This document shows, piece after piece, positions 1 through 13,367 of a stretch of 64,000 nucleotides of DNA. Location of the stretch: contig RHPI01003762.1 of assembly GCA_009103225.1 (NCBI GenBank), positions 124,001 to 188,000 on the forward strand, given 5' to 3'. The translations under genes and the position numbers were made by a program. Under the pieces are notes generated by a model. It was given only the letters and a program-made list of their open reading frames with translations, was not told the origin of the DNA and searched no databases. Positions within the stretch are counted from its first letter, which is position 1. Every line of letters starts with the position of its first letter. This DNA is from Chlorokybus atmophyticus. Its lineage: Eukaryota; Plantae; Mesostigma and Chlorokybus algae.

Positions 1-3000
1 CGCGCGCGCGCACGTGTATGCAACTACACACAAAGGCAACAGCATTCTCACGAACGTGTCTCACACATTGCTTCACATGACAACAACAGGTGCGGACAGT
101 GATGGACATCCTCGCACCGAGGGCGCTCAAGCGCTACATGGACAAGGAGCGCATAGTACGCTTGCACGGACCCACACGCATGTGCACACATGCACGTGCG
201 CAGTACCACATAGCAACAGCATCCATTCACTCGTGGAGGTGCAGATGATGGCTAAGTGCTCACAGGCATTCACGCCAGCTGGCAGGGCTGCTACTGCTGC
301 TGCTATGCCAAATCCACGCAGGGACCAAGTGGCCCCACATGCCACGAAGGAGCATGTCAGTTGCCATATGATAAATTGCATGTCATCAGATTTTTTTGAG
401 AGGAGAGATGAAACTAACAGTCTCTTGCAGGTGGAGGCAACGAGTGAAGAGAAACATGAACAGCAACATGAAGTCCGGGAGCACGCCACCACCATGCTAC
501 TACCCACTCTAAGTGTATCACAAGACGTGTCGAGTCCGGTGGTTGCAGCCGCACCGTCACCGCGCGCGCCCGCGCAACTGCACCCCACCACCACTACTGT
601 TGCTGGTGATAATACTGCAGCCATTGCCACAATGGAGGAGCCTTCCCCCTCCACGTTTAAGTTGAGGTCTGACAGCGAGGAGGTATTGCCGGATTTTATA
701 AATATCGAGTTCACCATGGAGCAACAAGAAGAAAATGAAGATGATCACGTGCTTGATGATGATGACATAGGCAAGGGCTCCATGCAAAGTGTCATCCCTA
801 CACGTTAAAAGGTTAAACACTTGCAATCTGAACGACATAATTCTCAAGTGCCGGGTGAACCAATGTATGTGGCTTAAATCTGCCTCAGCGTACTTATAAG
901 TTACCTTGAAACAATGTTATTGCACACTATGTGGTCTTGATGGTACTTTCGTCGTGGTCGCCATGTTAAGCATATCAACCCATAATGATAAGAGACGTGA
1001 AGTTTAAGTGCATTCATTGGCATACATTGATGAACCTTTTTCTTAAACCTTGTCACAGCATGCTTCTTGCTATCGATTATGATGTCGTCGAGATTGTTGA
1101 CATCTCATATACAACAATGCAAACATTGCAAGCTACGGGCAGAGATAGGCTTGTCTAGAGAGATATCATCAACTTGATCATAAATGAGTGCATCATGTGT
1201 ACTCTGTGCGTATACGAAGATCAAAAGGGTAATCGCTGGCATGCACACATTGTGTGCGTGCGCGCGAGCGCGCGCAAAAAAGTTGAGTAGGCATTGGTAT
1301 TTAACATATGTATGCACACGTGTGCGTGTACAGAGGGAGATGCATCATATGGGAGAGATGGACCATACATCTGCATATTCATATAAATAAACAAAGATAT
1401 ACAGATATAGTTATATATGCATATGTATAGAGATATACACACTTATATGCAATCAAATACAATAACGCACACAATGATACCAACTGTACTTGTGTGTGTG
1501 CGTGTGTGACTATCATTATGAAATGTGCACAACCCATGTCATATGTGCAAATACGTGCGAGCCATTGAATGTGCACATACGTGTTATTCAAGCATTTGTA
1601 TACCATAACGTACGCTATCATCTAACTTAGTAGTAAGTTACAGTTTTATTGTTGAATTGTCAACTACTTTTTGATGCATTTATGATAGTAGCATGTATAT
1701 CGAATCAATGAACATTGCTATAATCAAGGGAGGCATTCCGATGATTGTTAATGTACACGTATATATGGAAAATTTCAGAGGTTTGGAATACAAGCAGATG
1801 CTAGGCAATGAGAAGCAAAAGACAAAGCCACAATGACCAACACACATACACGCTAGCCACATAAGCTCAACTAGCTAACTATAGCCTAAGTTAGGCTAGG
1901 GCCCATGTGCGTGCAAGTGTAAGTGCAAGGCAGGACTGGCAAGCAAGATGGCGGCAATCAAGCGAAAGGTTGTGCTTGTAGCGTAAGAGAGGAGAGGATA
2001 TATGGAGGGCGGCCATCGCCGAAGCCTTGCAGCACAGCATCACATCCCGCCCTTTGCCTGCCTTGCTGTGATGTATTGTCCGTCATTTACTGCTGATAAT
2101 ACCCATCGGCCTAACCTTTACTATATTGCGCTTCAGGTTGGTCACTGCTTGCCGTCAATCTCTGCATGTTTGCTTTGCTGGCTGCCACTGCCCCTCCGTC
2201 TTACTTGCACGCACTCCGCTACGCCACATAGCAATCGTTGTCCTGCTGCAACAAATTGTCTTGTTTCGTTTGCTGCTTGTGCTACCGTTGTTATGTGTTT
2301 GCAAGTGAAGAAGACGAAATTACTATGGCATACCGATTGCATGAACGAGCATACATGTCACACATGAAGCCCACTTGCCATGGCGGATAGTGAACAGATG
2401 TTGCCTTGCAGCATGCACTTTTCAATGGGGAATTATGGGAACCACGCAGGGCGGTTAATTAATCAAGGGTGGGTAGTATTGTTTCTAAGGATTGAAATTG
2501 TGATTTGCATACCCTTATTCAACTTTTATCATACGTTTTACCACCTTCGATTGATGTAGTCATACAAATATTGACTATATGTTTAATGCTGGCATTGGGT
2601 GCGGGAGTGCATGTGAAGATTAAATTGTACGTTGGAGACATCTAAGGTTACATGTGTGAGATAGAAGCTTTAGCAAAAGTTGGGCAAAACACGTGTGGTG
2701 AAAAGTATATATGACCATGCAATTGAAGTACTGATCATGCACTGTGCATGTGACATATTAATAACAAAGTATTACCATGCACATCATCTACCCCAAACCA
2801 GCAACCTGCAACAACTCACACGTGCAGATGATATGAGCCACAATAGCCTGCTGACCAACAACTGCACGCTGTGAGTCTACACGTACATGTCTCCCGTGTG
2901 TATGTTTTATCTTGTATGTACTCAGTGCAAGTCGTTCCGAATGTTTCAATACATTGCATATGATTAATTTATTCACGAACTTTGTTTAAAGTTGTTGCCG

Positions 3001-3505
3001 TCAATGATTTCAAACTACACAATAACAGGTAATTTGTGAGTCATGCATTACATATGTATACCTATATATATATTTAAGGGTATGTATACATACGGGTATG
3101 CAGGCCCATATGCATACACGATTAACATACCCCGGCAGCATAAGATGTGGCACAAGCGCCTCTTGTGCTATATACGCATGACATTGGCAAAGCAATACAC
3201 GCAACCAATTAATTGTACACCACGGAGAGGTAGCCAACTTAATGAGACGCTTTGATTGCTAGAGCAATTGCTTGATGGAACAGAGGTCTTGAGTTAAATT
3301 CCTTGCGTCGATATCGTTGCGGCATAAAAGGTTGAGTTCACTTTTGCTAGCGTTTGCCGCCGCAAACGACCGAGCGGACATGTCATCGAGTCTAACTTCA
3401 ACTAGCTGAAAGGCCGTTTCATAAGACTCATAAAGACCCCTTGACTTCAAAGCATGAAGGCTCCATCTCTTAAAAATGTGGTTTAGAGCTGAGAATTAAT
3501 AACTA

Positions 3506-4010
3506 CCGTAATTGCCCGAATACCCCCCCCCCCAATACAACACCCCCCCATTGATTTTCGAGGGGGGGGNNNNNNNNNNNNNNNNNNNNNNNNNNNNNNN
3601 NNNNNNNNNNNNNNNNNNNNNNNNNNNNNNNNNNNNNNNNNNNNNNNNNNNNNNNNNNNNNNNNNNNNNNNNNNNNNNNNNNNNNNNNNNNNNNNNNNNN
3701 NNNNNNNNNNNNNNNNNNNNNNNNNNNNNNNNNNNNNNNNNNNNNNNNNNNNNNNNNNNNNNNNNNNNNNNNNNNNNNNNNNNNNNNNNNNNNNNNNNNN
3801 NNNNNNNNNNNNNNNNNNNNNNNNNNNNNNNNNNNNNNNNNNNNNNNNNNNNNNNNNNNNNNNNNNNNNNNNNNNNNNNNNNNNNNNNNNNNNNNNNNNN
3901 NNNNNNNNNNNNNNNNNNNNNNNNNNNNNNNNNNNNNNNNNNNNNNNNNNNNNNNNNNNNNNNNNNNNNNNNNNNNNNNNNNNGGGGGGGGTGTATTCGG
4001 GCAAATACGG
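3506..4010. mobile_element. pogo/Tc1-mariner-family TIR element (MITE or larger element hidden by an assembly gap)
   Basis: Left end TA|CCGTAATTGCCCGAATAC and right end GTATTCGGGCAAATACGG|TA form an 18-bp inverted repeat with 1 mismatch, flanked by TA on both sides; the interior is almost all N. Confidence 0.75.
3570..3983. other. assembly gap (414 N)
   Basis: Run of n flanked by G homopolymers. Confidence 0.99.
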
Positions 4011-4213
4011 TAGCACCGTTATGATAGCAGCAACAAGAAAGTGAAAAAGGTAAGAAGCGTTTGCTAATTGGACCTTAAACCGTTGGTTGGTGTTTAGGGT
4101 TAGCTTAGCCGACAGGCCTTTAACCGAGCTCTACCATGCGAGGCATATCAAAGTCAAAGCTCGGCGTTCAACAAGTCGACATTGGTAGTACGTTGCTACA
4201 ACCTTTATTGCTA

Positions 4214-7200
4214 GGGTAAAACGCCCTAACTTTGGAGCTTTCAAGGGTTTAAGCTAATAACTTTTGCTATGTAACTCTTTCGGCGGTGACGTATATGGGT
4301 TGTCAATAGCTAAAAATGTAAGCTACACAGCGGCAATTGTTTTTACATTTTTTGGCGCGGTGAACCAGCAGATATGCCGCGCCAAAGTAGGGTTGTTTTG
4401 GGGTTGCTAAAAAGTATACTTTGCCCTAGCTTCGGAAGTACCTATCAGCCTGCCATCGCGCTGACAGGCACTTTTCGACTGTGTGATGGGTGTAGGGCTG
4501 CGGTGGGGTGGTGATGGGTGTTGCAGGCTGTTGCAAGCCTATGTCAGCATGGTGCAGGCTGAGCTGACAGCCACTTGATGTGCAGCCGTTTGGCTGCAGC
4601 CAATTCTTGGCGGTGGGGTGCGGCTGCCTCTTTGCGCTACGATGGCAGTTGTTGTGTTGGTTGTGTGGGCGGGCGCCGCCGCCGGCGGCGTGCATGGGCT
4701 AGAGACAGGGCGTAGGGTGTGCATGATGAGCGCTGTGCATGCAACTCAGCATTGGTCCAAGGTGATTGTGCTCATGCTGCTTGCTCCGCATGCTATGAAC
4801 TGCGTTCTGTATGTGCAAGTCTGTTTGTGTGCACTGTGTGCCTGCGTGTGCATGCATAATCTTGTCTTGCGCACATGCATGCATAGTAGAGGTAGCGTAG
4901 CAAGTTTGTTGTTGTCAAGCGTTTATTATGTACATGGGCCTAGTGCTATACATGGCTAGTCTAAGTCTGCGTTGCTATTGCAGCTCGCCTCTTTGCTCGC
5001 CAGCGAGTGTCCGCCTCTCTCGCTGCGGGGTGAGGTGTGAAGCGATGGTTGGCGTAGTCTTCGGCTACGTCTGCGAAAGGCTCCCCTTGCTGGTTGTCGC
5101 ACAACACAGGGTCCCAGACATAACGGCACAACATGGTGGTGGCCTCTGCGGCAGTCTTCTCCCTCTGCTGCTTTTCAAGGTGATGGGCCTCTTCCTGTGC
5201 AGCCTTCTGTCTGGCTGCCTCTTGCTGCTTGTCTTGTTTCCTTGCCAGCCTCTCATCTTTCTCTGCTTGTTCCAGTCTCTTCTTGGCCTGGCTAGCAGCC
5301 TTCTTGGCTGCTTGCGAGGCTGCCTTATTTGCAGCTACCAACTTGGCAGTGACTGCATTATCTACCTTCTCTTTTGCTCGTTTCGATTTTGCTTGCCTCT
5401 TTCTCTCCTTCTCTGCATCTTGCTCCACTAACATGGCGTGCAACTGCTCGCTGGTGAGGAGGTGCGCGGTCTTCACTCCTCTCCTTCTCTTGGAAGGAGC
5501 TTATGTATGCAGGTTGAAGTCCTTAACCTCGGCCTCTGCGTTGTCACTATCGGCCTGGGCCTCAGCGTCCATGGCTTCCAGCTACGCTCCCAATTTGCCT
5601 ACTGGGAGCACAGGAGGCAGGTACTTGTCAACGCAGTGTTTGTTGAGAGGCCTAAGTCCACATGCATGGAAGCTGTTCATGATGTTGGGGGGAGTGAGTC
5701 CTCCGTGGAATGATTTCACAAGCATGCCCAGAAATTCCTTACGAGTGAGGTGATAGTTGTAGCGTGTTCTTTATCTCTGCTTGTATTCCTGACGGCAGAC
5801 CTTTTTAAAGGGGTGAAAGCATGACACGTCCAGCACTTGCAGACGATGTGTTGTGTGGGGAGGCAGTATGAGGATGTGCAGGCCATGGTCTTTGGCAGAG
5901 GAGACCATGGCGGCGTTGTAGCGACTAACATGGCCATCAATAATAAGCAGACCAGGGTTGGAAGGCAACACACCTCCAGGGATGTGTTGCACCAGCAGCC
6001 TCACCCACTCTTCGAAGATTCTAGTGGTCATCCAGGCATTCACTTGTGCTTTGAACTTGGCACCCCACACCGTGAAGCTGTCAACATTGTCGTTCAGTTT
6101 CTGGCCTTTCATGATGACGAGGGGTGGGAAGGCATAACCTACTCCGGTCACGGCGCACATCAAGGTAACATGCTCCCTACTCCTAGTTTTAGCTGCCTGT
6201 GCCCATTTGGAACCACTCTGCACACAACATGCATTAGCAAATTGTTTTCATACATTTGCAGATTGCAACACCACACACTCACCTTGCTACGATGACCCTT
6301 TGGTTTTGCATGGCGGTATCGGGTTCCACCCCGATGTCGTCCGCGGAAATGATGTGGTCTGGGCCTACTCCAAGGTTGTTCACCACCTCCTCCAGCAGCT
6401 GGAAGTAATGTTCAACTATAGGTCTGCTCAGTCCTTGCCTCTTTGAGCGTTCTACAGGTTCTGCCTACCTAGAAACCAACCTCTGCCTTGCTTGGAAGGC
6501 ATCACACCACTTCTTGCCAAGTACGCCATTCTTCAAGGACTTGGCACGCTCATCCTCGCACAGCCGTTTGCCAACTTCCATGCATATCTCCGTCCAAGTC
6601 AGTGCTCTTCCCACTTAATTGCGTACACGCACAAACTCAGCAAGGTCGGCCTCCCCTTCAGCATTGAGAAGAGTAGGTGCACCAGGTCCTCTGCACATGT
6701 ACAGTTCATCAACCACACATACACACCGGCTTGCATGCATGAGATTGCAACTAACAGTGCATGTTACCTAAAGTTGTCAAGCCTTTCAGGGTGGGTGCAG
6801 AAGTCCCATAAAGTAATTTATGGAATGTCCAACTCGGCGAGGGCAGTACTGACATCCATGCATTGAGACTTGACAGCACTGACAACTCTACTAATGTTCT
6901 GCAGGTTGTCTTGATGCCTAAGGTAGTTGCCTCTGGCATTAGGCCTGCGGGGGGTCTTAGCTTTCACTCGCTGCGGCCCTGCAAATACACACACAAGGTG
7001 CAACATGGGTAACATTGGTGGTCTGAGTGGGAGACCACCATTGATGACGATGGTTTGCAAAAGCAATGCACACCCACCCGTGGCCCTTTGCTCCTAAGCA
7101 TAAGTTGAGGTAGAGGTAGAGGTAGAGACGTTGCAGCGCTCACCCTTAACTATTCCCTAAGTCAACTGCTTCTGGACTGCTCTTGCCGCTTGCCTGCTGC

Positions 7201-7822
7201 TAACACACAAGCACACTGCAGTGCAGCACTAAGCCACACTAGTTGCATAACAACTTGCATAACTTCCCCCCCACTCACACCAAACTGAACTCTGAGTGCC
7301 TCTGCAAGTTGCAATGCAAATTGTTACCGCGCCGCCCACTTCCAAACATACAAACAAGCTAGCACAAGGCGCCAAACCAATCTACAACCCTCACGGCTAT
7401 ATAACACACACATTTTTAAAATATCACTCAAAACGTTACGCGACACCCATTTCACCCTTATTTTTTAATTTTTTCAATATCGCGGCATCTTATATGAAAC
7501 TTGAGAATTAAATCAAGCATAATAAGAGCTTTGGTTTGCACCTACCTGCACTTAATTCACACAACTACAACCAAGTTATGATCAGACAAAGTTTACCCAT
7601 CAAATACATGGAAAAGTTGGTGCATTGCACCCATGCTTGAAATTTTAAATCTGCCGCCATACTAGACCGTTTGCGAAGGTTGTTAGCTCCCTAGAACCGT
7701 CCTAGTACCTACTCTACTACGTATAGGTCTCAAGCCAATCGGGCTTGACCTGCGCCTTCCAGCTAGCTGAATCACCCTATCTCCAAAGTTAGGGGCAACT
7801 CCGAAGTTAGGGCGTTTTACCC
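4214..7822 (-). mobile_element. pogo/Fot1-like DNA transposon
   Basis: 24-bp TIR GGGTAAAACGCCCTAACTT(T/C)GGAG at 4214-4237 and 7799-7822; TA TSD at 4212-4213 and 7823-7824; encloses a DDE_1-type transposase. Confidence 0.9.
4961..6990 (-). pseudogene. degenerate DDE_1 (pogo/Fot1) transposase
   Basis: ORF 5771-6223 has EHVTLMCAVTG-PPLVIMKG, LLIIDGHVSR and LPPHTTHRLQVLDVSCFHPFK (DDE_1 core); upstream HTH-like region and downstream coiled-coil tail are broken by several stop codons; start approximate. Confidence 0.85.
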
Positions 7823-10211
7823 TAGTGCCTTTACGGCTAGTGCCTCTATGGCTCGGCAACAAGTTGCCGCCGCCAACCGCCAATTCAAACACTAAAGTAA
7901 CGTAAGTACAGTAGTTTTCGCTGCTGATGAGGCCAAGCTGCGTCGGCGTGAACAACAACTCAATTGAATAGACTGGCAGTCTTGTGTGGCGCTATCGATG
8001 CAGCCCCCCCGCCCCCCCAGCTCGAGATTTGAACTGACAGTTCGATGCACGCGGCTCTATATGCGAGGCAGCATGCTAGGTACAAATCAATAAGGGCACG
8101 CATCGATCGCGCGGCAAGTGCCGCGACCGTGCCACGTGCCGCAGTTCGCGTGCCCTCTGTCGGCGTCCCCTACTTAAGAGCCGGTCACAGTATTGTAAAG
8201 TAATCACTCAGTGCTCATGATCAATTACAATAACTGTCCGCGGTACCTCTATGAGAAAAACGCATTCATGCGTTGCAAAAAGCGTGTTCATCACGCCGGA
8301 CCTGGTGCCGGAGCCACGGCATCAGGCCTAGGCCTAGGGTCGTGAGCGTAGGCATTAGGCCTGGAGCATAGGCCTATCACGCAGAGCGCGTCGCCTTGTT
8401 CATGAGACAGGCGGTCGGCACGGTCGCATGTGAAGATTTGACTACAGATCGATATCGGTACATGAAGGAGCCCAGGCAATTGGTACGCTCCCAACCACGT
8501 CCATGGAGAGAAAAGGGTCGCATGATGCGACTCGCCCAAAAACTGTGGCTTGGCAAAAGAATCCACAAATCGAGGTGACCCAGGATGTGACGACTGGCAG
8601 CGGCGTTGAGGCTGGGACTTTCCTGCGTGAAACAGAATGCCTCGCAGTAGGCGGGTAGTGATTGCTTTGGCAAGCTGCTTGGCAAAGCAATAACTACCCG
8701 CCTACTTGTTAGTATCAAGTTCTTACCCATCCACAACTGAGCAAGCTAGCAAGCAAGCCTTATTCATGACCCAATCACAGATGCAGAACGCACATCAAAC
8801 CCTTTTGTACTGTGCGAATGCACTACTTGCATTTCGGCCCGTATCTTATTATATGTATGCAACACTCGCTATTTTCGTTGTCTTGTGTTATCCATGCGCG
8901 TGATTTGTTGCATATTACGCGCTTTTGCATGTGTGCACGCTTTTGGCGCCTGCATAATTGCTGTGTGCACTTGCAATGCTCCAACCATTATTACGAGATT
9001 TTTTGGGATTATGCTTCTTTAAGTTTGCAATGACTCATATCAAATAGTATTTCGTAAATACATATGAGCGTGTGATTGGCTGTCATTAATTGCGAATATG
9101 TCGCTTACCATCTTTCATACATATGCACATATACACGCTTGCTTGTGGCCGTATGCTTTCATTGATTGATGTGCATCATACTACCGAAAGTCGCATACAT
9201 TGCACGTAAACTGCTGTACATAAGCAATATCTTCCTCCTGCCCTACTCGATATATTTCTGAGTGTGCATGCGTGCATGTGCGCGGTTGCATTTGCTTTAC
9301 TGATCAGCTTACATACACGGCAACAACCAATATGTGCACAATTAATGGTTGTGCCTTATTTGAGCAAGACAGTGTGCAGGATTGTAGCATGTCAACAAGC
9401 AGCTGTTAAAACATTTAAGGTACATTATTAGATATAAAAGTGTAACTTGAGTCAAAATGATACACTTTCTGCACCGACCCTAGCCTAGCAATATTGCATA
9501 ACATATGTTAATATATATATTTCATACTATTGCTCCACAGCGTGTACATGTACCTGTAATACCTGCGAAAGTCAGTCTCTTGTGCTATTGAGCACAACCA
9601 ATCATTAGGATTCCTGCCCAAAAATTGGACGGCTTCTCCTTCATTGTCGGCGGCGCCTTTCGCGGCGCCGCCCGATGAATGGACGCCTCTTGTTAAGCCG
9701 CACCGTGTGACGCTATTGGTCGCGTTTGCTTCGCGTGACTTTTGAATTTTAAGGAACCCTTGGAGTTAATGTATTGCGTTAGATAGGAACCTCAGTTCTG
9801 AATGGCGTCGGCCGGCCCCGGTTCAGCATATCGTGACCGTCGGTAGAGATAACGTAATCAAGACTGCTAATGTACAGTGTAACCTCCCTGTATACACAGT
9901 CTCACTATGCACACCCTTTATGTACACACACTTTGCATGGAAACATACCGTATTTACCCCAACACAGTCCCCCCCTTTTTATACCGTCCCCCCCTCGATT
10001 TTGCTGAGGGGGACTGTGTACAGGGGGGGACTGCGTTACGGTAGGGGGGACTGTGTTGTGTAGCTGGGCGCAGCACAGTCCCCGCCCAAGATACGTCATC
10101 CAACCTTCAAGTTACGCCCATGGTCGTAATTGGGGTTTTCTGGCGCCGAAACAGCGGCGTTAGGGTTGTTGAGCTGGTTGGCGAGGTTGTTGAGGTGGGG
10201 CGGCGGTGAAC

Positions 10212-13204
10212 ATGGTGGGGGCGAGAGCTGCAAGGCATGCAGCGCGCAACCGCCTGGAAAGAGAAGCTGCTGCTGCCGAGGAGGCTGCCAAAATAGCTGC
10301 ATAGGCGGCAGCCAAGGCACGTGAGGCGGCCGCCAGGCTTGCGACAGAGGCGGCAGCAGAGCAGCTGGACGCCGGTGGTGAGCGGCCCACCGGCGTCCAG
10401 AAGCGCGTCAATGCTGCCCGCACCAACAACGGGCGCAATAGGAGGTACAAGCGGCGAGCATTCACATGCCACCAAAAGGTATGTGTATGCAATGTGTTTT
10501 GTGTATTGGTAATAATGCATGCTGTTACTGCTCAGCACAATCAGCGTGTGCATATGCAAGTTTGCTTAGCAGTGTTGTGTGCTGTGTGTACTTGTGACAA
10601 TGCATGCTATCACTGCTCAGCACAATAAGGGTGTGCATTTGCACGTGTACTTAGCTGTGCTGCGTGCTGTGACAATACATGCACGCTCACACACTTGCAT
10701 GCACGTGACGCATGTTTATGCGTGCATGCACTGTTGCTGCGTGCTATGCGTGTCTGGCTGGCTGGCGTGATGTAACAAAGTGTTACATGGCAGCGCAAGT
10801 TCATTGACATTGCCAAGCATCTTGGCATTAAAAGAACCGAGCGCGAGCACGGCATCCACGCCAAGAGCTTGCGGAACTGGCTTAAGCAAGAGCTAGAGAT
10901 CAAGTCTGCATGTGCAAGTGATTGTAGGCTAAAGGGTGGCGGGAGGACACTCTCAATTCCAGAGCTTGACACTCTTGTGTGCAACTACATTGTTGATAAG
11001 AGGTCGCGTGGGTTGGGAGTGACACAAGGCATGATCAGGGTATGTTTATGCATGTGGTACACTTGTGTTTGCATCAAGGGCTGCACGCACTTGCACGCAC
11101 ACACGCACGCGCACAGCTGCACCACTCTAGCATGCACACGCACACGGAGCTGAACCATGCACGCACGCACACACACACGCACTCCCGCACGCACACGCAC
11201 GCGCACACGCACACGCACACACATGCACGCAGCTGCACACACACTCACATACATGGCTGCACCACTCACGCACGCATACACACACGCACGCAGCTGCACA
11301 CACACACTCACGTACATGGCTGCACAACTCACGCACGCATACACACACGCACGCAGCTGCACACACACACACTCACGCACGCAGCTGCGCCAGCTGCACA
11401 CCCACGCACCACTCGCACACGCACACGCAGACGCACGCAGCTGCACACACACACGCACTCACACGCACGCAGCTGCACCACTCGTGCCCGCACTTATGCA
11501 CCCACACGCACACGCACATGCACACGCAGACACACGCAGCTGCACACACACGCATTCACACGCACGCATCTGCACCACTCGCGCCCGCACTCATGCACGC
11601 ACACGCACACGCACGCGGCTGCACACAAATGCAACAATGCACTGCACACACATGCAACAATGCACTGCACACGCACGCGCACACGCACACGTATCTCAAG
11701 GGCACAACCACACACACGCACGCTGGTACACTCAGCAAACGCACACACCAGCACTTCAATAGCTCAATCAACATGCATGTGTGCAGCTGGAGGCCAGGCG
11801 GCTAGTTGCTGAACACAACGCCAACCTCAATGATGATGGCGATAAGTGGCAGTTGAAGGCCTCCCTCAATTGGGTGGTGCGCTTCATGGCGCGCCATGAT
11901 CTTACTGTACGGGCACGCACTAAAGTAGGTCAGAAGCTCCCTCGTGATCTCGCACAAGAAGTTGAGGGCCACCGCATGTTCATTACCCTCATGAAGGAGC
12001 GGCACAAGTATGCCTCCAGTCAGGTCGTCAACATGGATGAAGTTCCAGTCACGGTGGACATGCCCGCGACTCGCACGGTCAACCAGCAAGGCAGCCGCAC
12101 TGTCACCATGAAAACAACAGGTGAGGCATGCATGCGCATGCAATCATGCAATCATTGCATGCTGATTCTGGCACAACACAACACATGTATAGCCTGGCCT
12201 CACACTCATTGAGCAGGCAACGAGAAGAATAACATTATCGTGGTGTTGGCCTGTGCAATGGACGGCACCAAGCTACCGCCAGTCGTCATTCTAAAGCGCA
12301 AGACTCTGCCTTCTGATTTGATCATACCAGATGGTGTGGTGGTGTGGGTGAATGAAGCGGGCTGGATGGATGAGGCTCACACGTGTGAGTGGGTCGAGGC
12401 GGTGATGCGCAAGCGGCCGAAGCGGGTTTTTAGCACGAGAGCGCTGCTTGTCTGGGATTCCTTTTCAGCACACATGTGTGAGTCCGTGAAAGCAACGCAG
12501 GCTAGCGGTATCGATCAAGCTGTTATTCCGGGTGGGTGTACGCCTATTCTTCAACCTTTGGATGTAGGGGTGAACAAGCCTTTCAAGGACATGCTTCGTG
12601 CAAAGGTGAGTTGCTAAAATGTGCATGTGCTGATGTTGTGAGGAGTGCACAACTCACACGCTAGGTTGCATGTAAGTTTGTGTGCGTACCACCTGGGTGA
12701 GCTGCTCTTGGGTAAGGTTGCAATAACGGTTGTCATCTTAGGTTGTCAGTCATGATTAACATTGTGCTTTGTTGGTGTATGCAGTGGGCGTTGTGGATGG
12801 CAGACCCAGCCAACCATTCCTACACTGCAGGCGGCAACTTGCGGCACGCGGACTGGTCAACCGTAGTGTCGTGGGTGCATCAGGCTTGGGAGGAGTTGTC
12901 AGTGCAGACCATCATCAATGCGTTCAAAAAGGCGGGCGTGTGTGAAGCTGATTGGACCCCGGAGCAGGTCGTCGATGACAATGCGGACAATGTCGTCGAT
13001 GTAGATGAGTTGCCGCTGGAGGTACATGAAGAGCGTGTGATTTCAGAGTTGGAGAAGTTGCGTGTGCGCGATGAGGCCAATGCTTCAAGGGCTAACCATA
13101 TCGAGATGTCCAGTGATGAGAGCGAGCTTGATAGCATGTGTACTAGCAGTGATGATGATGCACATGAGGATGATGGTGATGACTCTGATGATGATCTTGT
13201 GTAG
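10212..13204 (+). pseudogene. intron-containing pogo transposase (HTH/CENP-B-like + DDE_1), one in-frame stop at 10302
   Basis: About five exons joined at GT-AG sites: MVGARAAR...HQK | RKFIDIAKH...GMIR | LEARRL...VVNMDEVP...KTT | GNEKNN...LLVWDSFSAH...LQPLDVGVNKPFK | WALWM...acidic tail; the three catalytic Asp motifs are present. Confidence 0.85.
11041..11786. repeat. compound CA-rich satellite inside a transposase intron
   Basis: Repeated CACGCAGCTGCACACACAC-type units between donor GG|GTATGT (11041) and an acceptor GTGCAG near 11787. Confidence 0.85.
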
Positions 13205-13319
13205 TGAGAGATTACTTGTGTTGGATGTTGTTGCTAGCATGTGTGATTCCCTCGCACGCACGCGCGCGTACGCACACACGCACGCACACACGCGCGCACA
13301 CACGCGCGCACACGCGCGT

Positions 13320-13367
<48 letters not shown>

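Noticed and set aside
14-808. 264-aa ORF at the window start
   Set aside because: Low-complexity, CA-rich start and acidic tail with no recognisable motif; it may be a last exon of something upstream but cannot be supported.
3259-3450. Possible transposase-like coding fragments at 3259-3450, 8291-8736 and 28773-29048
   Set aside because: No diagnostic motif recognisable without a database search.
10985-11812. Several long His/Thr/Cys/Val-rich ORFs (also at 13062-13645 and 26138-26515)
   Set aside because: Translation artefacts of CA/GT repeats.
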